Shown here one piece after another: positions 1 through 12,800 of a stretch of DNA of 27,319 nucleotides (position 1 is the first letter of the stretch; every line of letters starts with the position of its first letter). Origin of the DNA: a virus. Taxonomy: Duplodnaviria > Caudoviricetes. The stretch covers positions 1-27,319 of the IMG/VR virus record IMGVR_UViG_3300017909_004659; one strand, written 5' to 3'. Both the position numbers and the translations under genes were made by a program. The notes below the pieces were generated by a model. That model searched no databases. It saw only the letters and a program-made list of their open reading frames with translations, and was not told the origin of the DNA.

Positions 1-119
1 AATCCACCTGGTCCTCCACCACCGCCCCATAAGTGCATGGTCACAGTAGTCGTTCCTGCTGGTAATTCTGCTATTTGAACTTGACCCGAATAGTCGAAAG
101 TTTTAGTGATTAGAGGCAT
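1..119 (-). CDS. Partial CDS (5' end) of a glycine-rich virion/adhesin-like protein; runs off the left edge
   Basis: Not in the ORF track. ATG at 119-117, 4 nt after the upstream TAA, with GGGAGG (134-129) as SD. Translates MPLITKTFDYSGQVQIAELPAGTTTVTMHLWGGGGGPGG..., the usual 'F.YSG......P.G...V...WGGGGG' start of Gly-rich phage fibre-tip domains. Confidence 0.75.
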   Translation of the reverse strand, partial: MPLITKTFDYSGQVQIAELPAGTTTVTMHLWGGGGGPGG

Positions 120-123
120 AAGG

Positions 124-1539
124 TTAAGCCTCCCTTACGAACCAAAAATCTCCGTCAGCGCCATCACTGCCTGTAGGCTGGGAAGTAGAAACCGTTTTTG
201 CCGATCCACCCCATTCATTGCTAAGAGTGGCAACCGCACCTATGGTTGGTACGTTTGTGTTTGAAGTATCGGTGTACGTTATAGACCCAACGGCACCTAG
301 TGTCATAGAAGTTGCTTTAACGTTTCCACCTGCTGTTGTTTTTAAAACTTTACCTTTGTTAGCATCACCATCCTCTGTGGCATCTGCTAATCTTATAACC
401 TGTGAGTATGATTGGTTCTGTCCTGCTGACCAGTGGTTCTCAGAAACATCATAGAACAGTCTAGCGTCATCTGTGTCACTTGTCTCTACAATCATACCTG
501 CATCTGCTTCTGAATTTCCTGAATTCATTTTGATGAACGCATCATCGTAAGTCGACACATTCGAAACCGAACTGTTGTACTCGCCTGATATGTTCAAATT
601 ACCCGTGATTGTTACATCACCTGTGATTGCCATGGCACCTGTAGCACCCGTGATTGCTAGTCTGTCTGTTTGAGTGCCACCTGTGTTTGTTGTAATTTTT
701 ATGTCTTTGTCCTGTGAAGTCTGTGCTAAAGTTACATTGTTGCTGGATACAGATATTGTTAATTCTTGTGCACCACCAACAATCACACCTGTGTCATTAT
801 CAATAGTCAATGCACCAGTTGTTGTATCCGATGCGTCTGCTCTTAAAAAGTTTCCACCAGCAATCACTGTTGCCGATGTGTTTGAAGTGCTTGATACATC
901 CATAGCCGCTGACGAAGTCGTTGTTCCGCTGAACACACTTCCCAACGTTGAATTAAGAGTGATACCTGCTTTGATTTCTGCGAAGCCTGATTGTGCTACA
1001 GATGGTGTGAAATTTTCTTTGGATAGTATTGCTACCCTAGTGGATCCTGCATACATCGATGATACAGTTTTGTTACCACCTGAACTCGCAAGTGTTTCTA
1101 TTCTCCAACCCGATTCTGTTTGAGAAGCGGAAAATACTGGACCTACTAATTCCCAACCGCTGTTGATTTGATGACTTTTTGTATCACCTGTGTATACAAA
1201 AACCTGATCGTCATCAGTGTCCAACCAAAAATCACCAACAGATGGTGATGTAGGAATGGTAGCACTGCCTTTTGCGCCGCCTGTTGGTTTAAAAGATGTA
1301 CCATCATAAACTTTAATTTGATTTGTTGATGCATCAAACCATAACTCACCCTTTATTGGTGCAGAGGGAGCCGCTGTCGAGGCTGAATTTTCTAATAATT
1401 TTATAAGGTTTTCATTAAGTGGTTCACCAAAACCTGAATAACTTTTACCAAATAATGTTAAAGTTGTTGATGTGTCAATAGTGCCGTCTGTGATTGTAGC
1501 AACTACTGATCCGTCTGTTTTGTTAATTGTGTACGCCAT
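124..1539 (-). CDS. Tail fibre / baseplate-attached fibre protein (paralog A, 471 aa)
   Basis: N-terminal MAYTINKT...GKSYSGFGE..NENL.KLLEN....P..P.KGELWFD module shared with the neighbouring ORF; T/S/G-rich beta-type shaft; ends in P.G..GDFWF. Lies in the baseplate/tail cluster. Confidence 0.75.
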   Translation of the reverse strand: MAYTINKTDGSVVATITDGTIDTSTTLTLFGKSYSGFGEPLNENLIKLLENSASTAAPSAPIKGELWFDASTNQIKVYDGTSFKPTGGAKGSATIPTSPSVGDFWLDTDDDQVFVYTGDTKSHQINSGWELVGPVFSASQTESGWRIETLASSGGNKTVSSMYAGSTRVAILSKENFTPSVAQSGFAEIKAGITLNSTLGSVFSGTTTSSAAMDVSSTSNTSATVIAGGNFLRADASDTTTGALTIDNDTGVIVGGAQELTISVSSNNVTLAQTSQDKDIKITTNTGGTQTDRLAITGATGAMAITGDVTITGNLNISGEYNSSVSNVSTYDDAFIKMNSGNSEADAGMIVETSDTDDARLFYDVSENHWSAGQNQSYSQVIRLADATEDGDANKGKVLKTTAGGNVKATSMTLGAVGSITYTDTSNTNVPTIGAVATLSNEWGGSAKTVSTSQPTGSDGADGDFWFVREA

Positions 1540-1546
1540 ATACCAG

Positions 1547-1554
1547 TATTTATA
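1547..1554 (-). promoter_or_regulatory. T4-type late promoter TATAAATA
   Basis: Exact TATAAATA on the minus strand, containing the TAA stop of the 502-aa ORF, 7 nt before the ATG at 1539. A gp55-like sigma is encoded in the window. Confidence 0.75.
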
Positions 1555-3058
1555 ACCTTCCTACACTTATTAAAATGACACTTTCACCTGTGTCGCCTTT
1601 ATCTTCCATTGCTTTTCCAACAATCGAACCCAATACAGGAGTTGAAGCCTTTTGGGCACAACCTGGATGTGTTCCGCAAGTGGTTAAAAGATCACCTTTT
1701 GATACCATTCCATGTACTTTGCATTTGACTTTTCCAACTAATGCAATCGGTTGTCCAGGAGAACCGTTATTCATTAGGTAAGCCGGACTTTCACTGATTA
1801 CGCCTGCTACCTTAGTATCATTTGATGTTGTAGATTGTGTAACCTCATTTTCTCCACCAAACACCACCACTGTACCGATTTCGTATTCCGAATCTGTTTC
1901 GTAAATTTCAGCCAAGTCAGCGTACTGTGCCGATGTTGCCTTTGCAAACACAGTATTATAACTTAGGCTTGATGTTCCTATGTCATATGTTGCGTCAGCA
2001 TCGGGTTCTATTTCCTGTGTTATAACTTTATCACTTAAGGTCAAGGTGCCCATTGTGTTTGCACCTGAACTTGTCACATTACCTGCCAAGTTTCCTGTCA
2101 CATCACCTGTGATGTCACCCGTGAATGACGTTGCTGTAACACCTCCAACTACTTGCAATTTGTTGCTTGGTGAGGATGTACCGATACCAACTCTTGCTTC
2201 AGACCCGTCAATGGTCATTACAGTGGTTGTAGATCCACCATCGTTAACTTTGAATATTAAATCAGTATCTTGGATTGTGTTTGCGAAGTTTACGCCTGAG
2301 CCGTCAACAGTAATTGTCAAGTCACTGTCTGCTCCCACAACTATACCACCATCGTTGGCTACGCTGATTGTACCTGAAGTGGTATCGTTGGCATTCGAAC
2401 GGAAATAGTTTGCCGCCGCTACGCCTCCCAATGCATCTGAGTCTGTGGCTGTTCCATTGTACTTGTTATCTGTAATTGCTGTGGACAGTGTAACTCCAAC
2501 TTTCACAGTAGCAAATCCGGATATGGCAACCTTTGGAGTGAATGCCGCATCTGATATTATTGCAATTAGATTTCCATCATTGAACCATTTTGTTATGTTC
2601 TGCGTTGTGTCCGTTGAATCTAAAATAGAATCATAAGTGAAACCATTAGTAGTACCAGTTGAACTAGGCGGACCAACTAGCACTGAAGCAGTTCCGTTAT
2701 AAAGATATAACTGCTGTGTATCCGAGTCGATCCACAAGTCACCTTGTGCCAATCCTGTTGGTGCTACTGATTGATACGGTGCACTTCCGCCTGATGCCTG
2801 CCATGCAGAACCGTTGTATACTTTTAATTTAGATGTGCCCGAGTCCCACCACAATTGACCTTTGATAGGCCTGCTTGGTGCACTGCTGTTTGAAAAATTT
2901 TCTAACAGATGTAAAAAGTTTTCGGCAACAACTTCACCATATCCTGCATAACCTTTTCCGATAAACCTAAGATCGGTTTGACTGTTTAGGACTTGGTCCT
3001 GAACCGTGTATTGGTTTGGTGATTCTGAACTATTTGTTTTGTTTACTGTGTACGCCAT
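1550..3058 (-). CDS. Tail fibre protein (paralog B, 502 aa) with C-terminal intramolecular-chaperone / Peptidase G2-like domain
   Basis: Same N-terminal module as 124..1539; 'RVGIGTSSPSNKLQVVG' fibre repeat; C-terminal ~125 aa begin ADLAE and contain VAGVIS..PAYLMN, ALVGKV.CKV.G.V.KGDLL and IVGKA, resembling phi29 gp12-type autocleaving chaperones. Confidence 0.75.
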   Translation of the reverse strand: MAYTVNKTNSSESPNQYTVQDQVLNSQTDLRFIGKGYAGYGEVVAENFLHLLENFSNSSAPSRPIKGQLWWDSGTSKLKVYNGSAWQASGGSAPYQSVAPTGLAQGDLWIDSDTQQLYLYNGTASVLVGPPSSTGTTNGFTYDSILDSTDTTQNITKWFNDGNLIAIISDAAFTPKVAISGFATVKVGVTLSTAITDNKYNGTATDSDALGGVAAANYFRSNANDTTSGTISVANDGGIVVGADSDLTITVDGSGVNFANTIQDTDLIFKVNDGGSTTTVMTIDGSEARVGIGTSSPSNKLQVVGGVTATSFTGDITGDVTGNLAGNVTSSGANTMGTLTLSDKVITQEIEPDADATYDIGTSSLSYNTVFAKATSAQYADLAEIYETDSEYEIGTVVVFGGENEVTQSTTSNDTKVAGVISESPAYLMNNGSPGQPIALVGKVKCKVHGMVSKGDLLTTCGTHPGCAQKASTPVLGSIVGKAMEDKGDTGESVILISVGRL

Positions 3059-3061
3059 TTA

Positions 3062-3787
3062 TTAATATCCGGTATTACTTCCTGAAGTAGTTCCGCTTAT
3101 TGTATTAGATGTTGATAAGGCTGTTGAACTTGTTTCAGTAAATGTTGTCAAACTTTGTATTCTTAATGTGTAATCAATCTGTATCAATCTGTTCAAAGAT
3201 TTTTGTACTGGATGGAATATAACGTGTGTTAACAATTTATTTGTTGAACCATTTTCTGTTCCTTCCCAACTTTTTAATCCAAGTTCATCGAATACATAAT
3301 CTCCATTGAAATTTGTTGTGTTGTCAAAAGCAGATTGTCCTGTTGGCTCTCCGTAATCCAACGTGCAAGTGCAGACGATGTCTGTGTACTTGTTTCCTGC
3401 TGTGTGTCTTACTTCCATTTTATTTCTGGTAGTGTCTTTATTTGTTGATGAATTATCATCAATCACTTTGTAATATGTTTGATTGTAAAGTGTGGCATTC
3501 GAACCTGTAGAATTAGGAGTTAGATATGTAATCACTCCTGTTGGATCTACGCTTGTTCCGCCATTTCCAAATGCCATTTCATGGACAAACCCTGTGCTTT
3601 TGTTCGCCAGCGAATTAGCAAGTGCCTGAGACATGTTTTCGTAATGGATAGCATTTCTTTTATCCACAATAACTTCTCCAGACTCGGGATCAAATATTTT
3701 GATGTGCCCTTCAATCATTACACCGCTTTGATCTTGGGGTTTTTTGTTCTCTTCTTTTGATTCTGTTTGTTTGTCATTCTGTGTCAT
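3062..3787 (-). CDS. Virion structural protein, probably baseplate-associated (241 aa)
   Basis: Same strand and tightly packed between the giant protein and the fibres. Beta-rich motifs GHIKIFD...KRNAIH, FGNGG, FDELGL and HVIFHPVQKSLNR.I.IDYTLRIQ; S/T/G tail ending GY. Precise family uncertain. Confidence 0.6.
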   Translation of the reverse strand: MTQNDKQTESKEENKKPQDQSGVMIEGHIKIFDPESGEVIVDKRNAIHYENMSQALANSLANKSTGFVHEMAFGNGGTSVDPTGVITYLTPNSTGSNATLYNQTYYKVIDDNSSTNKDTTRNKMEVRHTAGNKYTDIVCTCTLDYGEPTGQSAFDNTTNFNGDYVFDELGLKSWEGTENGSTNKLLTHVIFHPVQKSLNRLIQIDYTLRIQSLTTFTETSSTALSTSNTISGTTSGSNTGY

Positions 3788-3793
3788 CTAGTG

Positions 3794-3801
3794 TATTTAT
3801 T
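3794..3801 (-). promoter_or_regulatory. Late promoter variant AATAAATA
   Basis: 7/8 match to TATAAATA, containing the TAA stop of the 4284-aa ORF, 6 nt before the ATG at 3787. Confidence 0.55.
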
Positions 3802-6800
3802 CAGGTGCATTTGTTGGCTCTTGTGCTATGAATTTAGCCTGTTGAGTCGTACTACCCTGCAATCCTTTACCATCAGCAGGATTACCGTCGGCCGCCGTGT
3901 ACCATACCTGTCCTCTCTTGTGTAATATTTTAATCTGTGTGCCTGAAGCAGGTGCTGTTGTATGTATAGTAACAGCAGTTGTACTTCCGTCCACAGAGTA
4001 ATTTAAAGTTGATCCATCCTCGCTAGTAAGCAACAATCGTTGGCCACCAATGAATATGTCTAACTCACTAGCAGAGGCTGGTGTTTGTGATAGAGCAAAC
4101 GTCACTGTACTGCCATCACCTGTGAAAGTGTTGGTATACACCGTGTCCGCATAAGGAATGGTTTGAGTACCAGACGCATCTACCACTTCGACGCCTGATC
4201 CATGATCCTTAATTCCTGTACCTAAAGTACCTCTTCTCAGTTGTCCTAATGTAGTTCCTGATTTAGTGAAGTACTCTATTCTCTCTTTGTCTACGAAAAT
4301 TACACCCGGCTGATTGTTCGTAATGTCGGGTGTAGGTAAAACTGACCCATCTTCAACTTCTATTGTTTTTGCATCTTTGTAAACAAATTCTGCAATTTTT
4401 GTTGTAGATGATTTTGATATTCTTTTGTAAAAAGTTCTGTTCAACATATCCTTGAATATTCTGAATCCTGTGGCGCCTACAGCGGACTCCATTGCAAAAT
4501 ACATAACGTCCAACCTGTCTGAGAATGTTATAGTTTTGCCATAGACTGTGATCTTAGATTCATTCAATGTGTAGTCTACGTTCTGTACCAATTGGTGTCC
4601 GTTGTACCAAACAAATGTATAATCCGAATTCAATGGCGCAAATCTCAAATAGAATTCACCACTAGGTACACCTTCAAGCACTTCTCTTCTTTGTTTCATG
4701 CCTAATGCGTTGTTAAATGTTGTTACTGTCATCACGTCATTGGCAGTGAGGCTGTATCCAGAAGAAGCAATAGCAGAAGGATCTATTATTATGTCGTTGC
4801 CGTTGTTGTAATAATGATTGTCTACTAATGTGGATATAGCAATCACATCTGTTGAAGTGGGAACAGCACCTGGAACAAAGTTTATATTTTGATTTCCTGT
4901 GTCCACCGTGTAATCAGTATTCAGATCTTTCTTCGTACCATTCACATACACCTCTACTTGATTTGCGTTAGTAATAGTTTTGCTTGGATCGACTGTTGAG
5001 TCTTCACCTAGTCCCGACACAACACCATACGTGTACGTGCTTCCGTCGCCTACATAGTAGGTATTATCAGGACCTCTCAACACTCTACCATTTACTTCTA
5101 TAATTGTCAAACCTGAATATGGGCCTATGGCTCCCGGAGGATAAGTCAAGGTATATCGATTTGTTGATCCGTCATATGTTATTGCCTGACTTCTTATACT
5201 TGCGTAACTTCGAGTGGTAGTTGTTGATTTGTTAAATCCTGCTATCTGTATCAGAGCATCGGCCGCCGGAGCAGAATCAAATGTAACTGTGATTGTGTTT
5301 GCAGTGGTAGTTGTTGAGTACGCGGAATTAGGCACTCCATTGATTGTTATGTAAATTTCCGAAGATGTTGAATCTAAATTGAATTCACCTCTAGTTGATG
5401 TCGTAAATGTCACTGTGCTTCCATCACCTGTGTATTGATCTAGCACTCTGTAATTTTCTCCAGAAATCGCAAAAACTTTTGTAGATATAACTGTGTTGTT
5501 TGCTGGCGCTGTGCCAAAAGTTATGGTTTTATTTGGTACGTCAATTGTGTAATCAGTTGAAAGTTTTTTAACTGCTCCGTCCACCGATACTGTGACCGAT
5601 CCCAACGTTCCAGGATAATCTCCTATTGAGAATATTCTAGTTGAACCATTTCCTCTGTAATTTTTCTCACTCACAAATGGAACTCCTGATTCTGGTGACG
5701 TGTAAACTTTGATATCAACAGTGTCAAACATCTGTCCTGGCACCGCTTCCTCTGGTGCATAACTTGTGTCTGGATTAACGAAATCGTCACCTTCTAAGAC
5801 AATATCACTTGGTGCTATACCTAAGGCAGATCCAAACAACCCGCCCTTGATTATCGAATCGATTGTTCTATCATCTGTTGGTGTTCCTACACCGTCGCTA
5901 TCAAAAGGAATAAACTCCACCAAAGCATTTGTGTTTGGTGTTTCGCTCAAAGTAAAAGTTGTAGTAGACCCATCGCCACGGAATACGTCGTCTAGTTTCC
6001 TTCTTGAACTATCGTCTTCTGTGATGTATACTTGATATACTTTTGTCGAAGCAGGTGCTGTGCTGAAAGTGTAAGTCGCTGTAGATCCGTCTGCAACAAA
6101 TTTTATGATGTCTGACTCGCCATAGTTGTCCCATGGAAAATCGTACCACCCTTGCTTATCCCAACCCTGGCCTTGATTGAACAACAGACCTGTGACCATT
6201 GTTCCACCGTAATCTACACCTTTCATAAGTTGAGACAATTCGTTGCCTGGCATTCCGGACATAGGCGTGTAGAATCCTTTTGTCCTGTCTGCCGCTGTCA
6301 AACCTGTCTCATCACCTATCATCCTGTGTAGGTCATCTATGTTGTCGTCAAATTTCGTTGTGGACGTAAACGCACTAGTCGCCTTGTATAATTGATTTTT
6401 GTGTCTTATCAACTGTCCATACGCATAAGAAGTAGATGCTTCCCAATCAACGACCGAACTTGTAGATTTTATTCTGTCAAATTTTATCGTGGTATCTATG
6501 TCTCTGACTAAATCGTTATTCAAGTTAGCATATGCTTTGGCCACATTCGAAGGATTGGCTCCTGTGTCTGTGCCGCCTGTGATTATCACTGTTGGTGTCG
6601 CTGTGTAATTTGCACCAACACCTGTCACTGTGATCGAACTTACCTTACCATCCACTACATTTGCTTTGGCAGTCGCCGCTGTCGTGGCCGGTGTTTCGTA
6701 CATCTTGTACGCAGTAGACCTTGTGTTCTGTGCATGGAAACTTGTGGCAGTAGGCATATAGAATGTGTCAGATAACCCATCAAATGTGTGTGTATGCACT

Positions 6801-9800
6801 GTGCCTGTGCCGCCGTTTTGCGAATCCCAAACTTTTGCTCTAGTTTCATCTGTGAATAAAGGATAAAAGTATCCGTATTGTCCTGATGTGCTTCCTGATG
6901 CACTCAATCCTAAAATCTGGAATGGACCCGTTGATGTAACAGTTCCTCCAACGACAGTTACAGTTGGAACTTTTGTGTAACCTGAACCCCCGTCTACCAC
7001 TGTGATCGACTCTACGTGTTTCTTATGATAGTCGTTCCACATCTGCCATGGATATTCGTCTAGTTTTGCCGAATCCCTAGAAACATTCAATGATCTAATT
7101 TTGCCTTCGTCTGCATCATAGAATGGCGGATTGTCAAAATCTGTAAATATTCCATCTTGAGTTTCGGTGCCTGTGTATCCTAATTTGTATTCTCTAACTT
7201 TAGTGTGGAATGGTTTTACTTCATTTATATAATCTTCAATCCAATCGTCTGTGCCAGCACTATAAGTTTTTCTTTGGTCGAGTTCTCTGACAGAACTTTT
7301 AATATTGATAAAACTTGTTTTGAACAACCAGTCTACGTATGTCTGTTCTGCTAACACTTTCCTTATACCAACAAAAAACATGTTGTTGTATTCTACTGCC
7401 CTTTCGTTGACCAATATGTCATCCCTCAAAGCAGTTAAAACTTTCCTTGTTTCTATACTAGGTGTTTGATCAAAGAAATTATCATCAAAATTATCTTGTC
7501 CTGCAAATCCTGTGGCATCTAGAGAATAATCATAAAGTTTTTCAGACAACTTTATTGTGCCGTTTTCTGTCCCTACGTTCTCGTAGCCGGATGCTGTTTT
7601 CATAAAGAGTTTCCAGCCTCCTGTGTCAGCAGACGTTACTTTTACGTGTTTTCCTATGTCCAAATCTAAAGAATCCAATTCATATTCGAATTGCACCTGT
7701 TTGTCAATTTTTGTTGTTGGACCATGCTCCATGTCTCCGTCAGTTTTATACCAGTCTATGTAACTCCAATATTTTGAAGTGTTGTATGTTTGAATTTTGG
7801 TCCTTGACCATTCACCCGAATGATCCCATGTGTATATCGCCCAAAATCCATTTGCTGTTTCGTCTGCTTTGACCAAATAATTTATAGAGCCTGATATGTC
7901 GCTTGTATTAATATATGTTAGATCGGCATAAGTTTCAACCGATGCGTCCCATTCGCCGCTTTGTTCTGTTGGTTCAGGGTCCTTGTCGTCTAAATTAGAC
8001 AGATTAATTGTGCCTGCTAGTTGTGGTTTCACTAATACAGAATTTGCGTACTGTATAACTTCTTTTAAGGCCGAGAACCTGTCCACGTACCAACTCTGCC
8101 TAGGACGTGTTCTATTTCCGTATCGTTCATACACCGGAAGGTCTAGATCAGGCACTGTGTCGCCCTCGGAATTTTGTCCGATCAAACTATCCCACCATTT
8201 CTTCTCTATGACTGTACCTGGCCTGAACGATGGATCAGACTCCCTAACCAATTTCCAAATAGAATGGGTACCTATGTCGTTTGTATTTGTCTTGGTATCA
8301 AAATTAAGTACTATTCTGTCCCTGTTAAGTCTTGATACATTCCAGATCAAAAATTTGTTGGCGTCGGACACTGCATAAAATTTGAAACCTAATCCTTTTG
8401 GATTTTCTATAACATTTTTTACAAAAGAAGTAGAATTTTTTCTTTTCACGACACTGTTTGTTGGAACATCAACTCTATTTTTTACCCAATAATAATAAAC
8501 AGGCACAAATGCATCCAGTTCCGAATTATATTTTTGCCTAACAGAGTAACTGTTGTCTGTGACATCTAATGGTGTTCCTTGCAACCCTGTGAACCTTTGA
8601 TTACTTGCATCTGTGTTGGCAAGCGTGTTGTATTCGCTTGGCAGTAATGGTGATTCTATCCATTCATAGATGTCAATGCTGGATCCAGGAAAAGTTTTTC
8701 CCCAATTATTAATTTTGTATTCTTGTGTGCCTTGTGCGTACCATAACCATTTTACTTTTGAAAGATCCCACCATACTTCTCCCACATGATTTTCTAACCA
8801 AGCATTTTTTTCATCTGCTTTTGTACCGGCGTTATACACAGCAGGATCCCATGGTGTCTTGATGTTTATTTCTCTATCCGCTATTCCTAAAATTCTTCCC
8901 TGTATTGGATCATACAAGTCATACCAATCTCTAATTTGGTTGGTGCCTGAATCATAATCAAATACTTGTCCCATTTTGTCAATATCAACAAAATGCGTTT
9001 CTTGTGATATACGTCTCCATGCATACTCGTTAGAGACAGTGGAATCAAATAAAGTAATTGATCCATCATTTGATACATCTTCATGTCCCTCGTCCGCTGG
9101 TGCACCTACTATCACAGTGTTGTCAGTAACAAATACACCTTTTCCAAAATTATCACCCGCCGACACACTGTCTGTTACAAGCAAATCATCAACTACAAAT
9201 TCAGTATTGTATTTGGTTGCTGTGTAACAACCTCCAGAACCTACGTTGATATCAACGAATCTTGTGTCTTGGAGATCGAATGTTGTATCTCCTGAGTCTA
9301 TTTTTGTTTCTCTAAATGTGCTAAACATCTCAGCACCTACAACCAATCTGTTTCCTGTGTTGTTTACATGCACTGAGGAACCAAATTGCATATTTGTAGC
9401 AGTGTCAGGTGCCTTTAATGTATGATCAAGTGTGTATAATAAAGTTGAATCGTTGTTGGCGTCCCATTTGTATACAAAAACTGCCCCGCCGTCTGTCTGT
9501 GAACTGTCATCATGGCCTGGAGCACCTACTACGAGTGTGGATCCGTCTTTTGTCATTGTGATCGAATCACCAAATCTTGTGTTTAAACTTGATCCGTCTG
9601 ATGATACACCTGTCAAGGTTTGCACTAAATTGAAAGAATGTTGCACACTGTCGTCACTTGACTGTGATGTTCTAACAAAAATTTCTACTTTACCTGCATT
9701 GCCTGGCGCCAATGAACTAATGGCTAATATATTTCCGTCGTCACTGCATTCAACTTGGTGTCCAAATCTTTGTCCTGCTCCACCTGCCGGCGAATCTATA

Positions 9801-12800
9801 GTCAAACATTGAGTCCATGTATCATATGTCGATCCGTCAGCACCAATGCCCCACTCATACATGTAAACTCGTCCTTTGTCTGATGAAAGTCCAGGTGCGG
9901 ATATAAACATATATTTTTGTGCTGTAGATCTCGTAGATGACACGCCGGGTTCTACAATTTTATGTGCCCATCCAAAATTTTGTCCTGTTTCGTCTGTCGG
10001 TGGTAAAAAAGTTGAGATGAAACCATATGTGAAAGACGATGGATTCCAAATATATGATTCTACTGCACCAGCATCGTTGAATCTCGTGCTTCCATCCTGA
10101 CCTACCGAATTAGAATAAGGTGCACCTGCTAGAACAAAGTTTTCATCAGTACTCATTGATAGTGAGTAGCCAAGTTTACTGGTGTTATCGTTTCCTGTGG
10201 TTGTTGTGTTGGTACCGGTGGCGAACAAAGTGGATCCTGCCGTGTTTTGCGACCTGTTAAAGAAGTGTACCTCTCCCTGTCCTTTGGATGGAGCAGACGC
10301 AATAATGGATCTAGCATCTGCTCTCGCCAATACCTTCCACCCAAAATCTTGGGTATCTGTTGCATTATCAGGAGAAAGTTGTCTCACCTGCGTGTATGGA
10401 TTTTGCTTTTCGTAAACGCTCCATAATCCGTTGCTGTCTGCATCGGCAAAGACCTTGTCACCTTCAATCTGTTGAGTGCTGTTTGCTTTATCCTTGTATT
10501 CATGATATGGTAATCTATCGTTGACATTGTTCATCGATGCTAACCTAACCGATACAAACTTGAAGATCTGCCCATAGGTATCTGCTGTTGAACCGTCCTC
10601 ATTGACTTGTGGAATAAAATTCGTTGTCTCAGAATAATCTATGACAAAAGTTTTATGGTCCACAACTTCTTTGACTTTGTAGATTCCGTCTAATTCTTGC
10701 TGTGCCGAATTTTTCAACATGACGTAATCCGCTTCATTCCTGTTTGTTTCTTGTTGTAGCAAATGACTAGATGTAGTTTCTATCTCTAGTTCTGTGGCAG
10801 AGTTTTGCCTTCTTACTGTGTTTATTCTTACGCCAGAATTTGTAACTCTGAACACGTCCCAGTCTTTATTGGATTTGTTTGCTATCCATATTAAATCATT
10901 TCTGTCTATTTTTGTATGATCAAATGTAAGTAAGTCGTCGATGGAAAATAATGTGTGTTGCACATGTGGTAACTGCGGATAACCTGCAGTCTTATATGTC
11001 TGTACAAATTCCCTGTCAACACCCGGTTTCGTGTAATCTTTTTTGCCAAAGGTTGTTGCCGCAGTGTACTCGATAGGTGCCGAATAAAAATTTTCCTTAC
11101 TGATTTGCAATGACTTGATGTAACTTTTTGTGTCATTACTGGTATCTGCTAATTCTATACTCTGTGGATTGGAAACAATCTCGTCTTCTTTGAGAAATAT
11201 CTGATGGCTTGTTTTGGCATCTACATTTCCTATTTCTCCAGTTCTTATCATCCATTCAGGATATATGTCGAGGTTGATGTCTTGATCCTCGTACTTGGCT
11301 TTCAACAATCTAGTGATTGCATTTTCAGTTCCTTTTTCTCTGATGTATCCTTGATAAAACTTGTATTGTGAAATATCATTTACAAATAGGTTTTCAAGAT
11401 AGTCTCTACTTTGATACCCTATAAGCCTCTGTGCAAGATTCTGTTGCGATTCATCAAAGTTGTTTGACTCAAGATTGTAGAAATCCCTAAATTGAGATAT
11501 CTTGTAATCAAAATTTGGTATAAGTTGAGATGCAGGTTTTTCCGATTTAATCTTCCAATTGGAGTTATCAAAATCTGTTCCGGAATTATGGTTGACTAAC
11601 GCAACATAAAACTTACCTTGGTATTCTATCGAATCCCCAATTTTGTAATCTGTGTTCCTTGACCAATACGTTACTTTTGCAGAATCAAAAACAAACCCAG
11701 GAGCATAATAATCTCCGTTCCATCCGCCTGTTTTCCATCCAACCAATTTTAATCTTGGTTGTCGGAAGCCTGTTGCTTTGTCATAAATTATGTCATTGAA
11801 CACAGTTTTGTTGTCAAACAATAAAACGTGTTCCTTTTGCACAGTCGAAATATCAAGATTATACATGCCAATCTTTGTATCTTTGATCTCTATGTCAAAT
11901 GTTTTGCCTAGTCTCTTTGTGGACACATCTCTTGTATCAACTATCCTAGCACCGGCATCCAACACCGAATATTCACCTAGTTTGTTTCTAAGACTTCCTA
12001 CAATGGTGTTTGAAGTTTCTAGACTTAATCCTTGAGCCGCTGGCGATACTGTGATACAAGATCCCGGTGACCAACTTTGTGTGGTCCAGAATAAGAATTC
12101 TCTCACAGCAGTTCTCCAATTCAACACCTCTCTGATTTCTGTGCTGAATTTATCAAATTTGAATCCTCGTGATTCTAAGTATTTGCCATAACCAAATAAG
12201 AAATTAGCCACTTCCTGTTTGGTTGTAAACACGTGACCATATGGTATAGTCTGCACATCTTCTTGATACGTGTTGTATTCTAGCACTTCAACCCCGTCAA
12301 CTTGCACCTTGCTGTTGATGTTACCCGCTACCGGGTATAAAAATTTGAAAAAAGGTTCCGACGTCGAATAACCTAACACTTTATATCCACCTAGAAGCGT
12401 GGATCCATCCAATGCGGTATCTGTGTTGGCTTCTATAAGCACTCCTGAAAAATTGTATGTATCAACAGGATTTGACGTTCGGAATAAAATTTTATAGTTT
12501 TCGTCTGGTAAAAATTTACTGCCAGATGTTGATCCCGGAGATACACTGTCTGTAAGAACTTTTAAATTTTGCTTGTCGGAGAATCCTCCCAACTTGTATG
12601 CCAGTTGCACATCTAAATTTTTAAACTTTTTATACAAAAACGTTTCCACATCTAAATTTTGACTTATGAGATAGTTGACCAGTAACGGTTGGTAACCACC
12701 AGTACTAAAAGTTTTAGTAACATTCGTTAGAATATTGGTTTCTGTTTCGAGATGATATTTGGCACTTGAAAGTTGTTGCCTAATACCTGTTTCCGAACTG

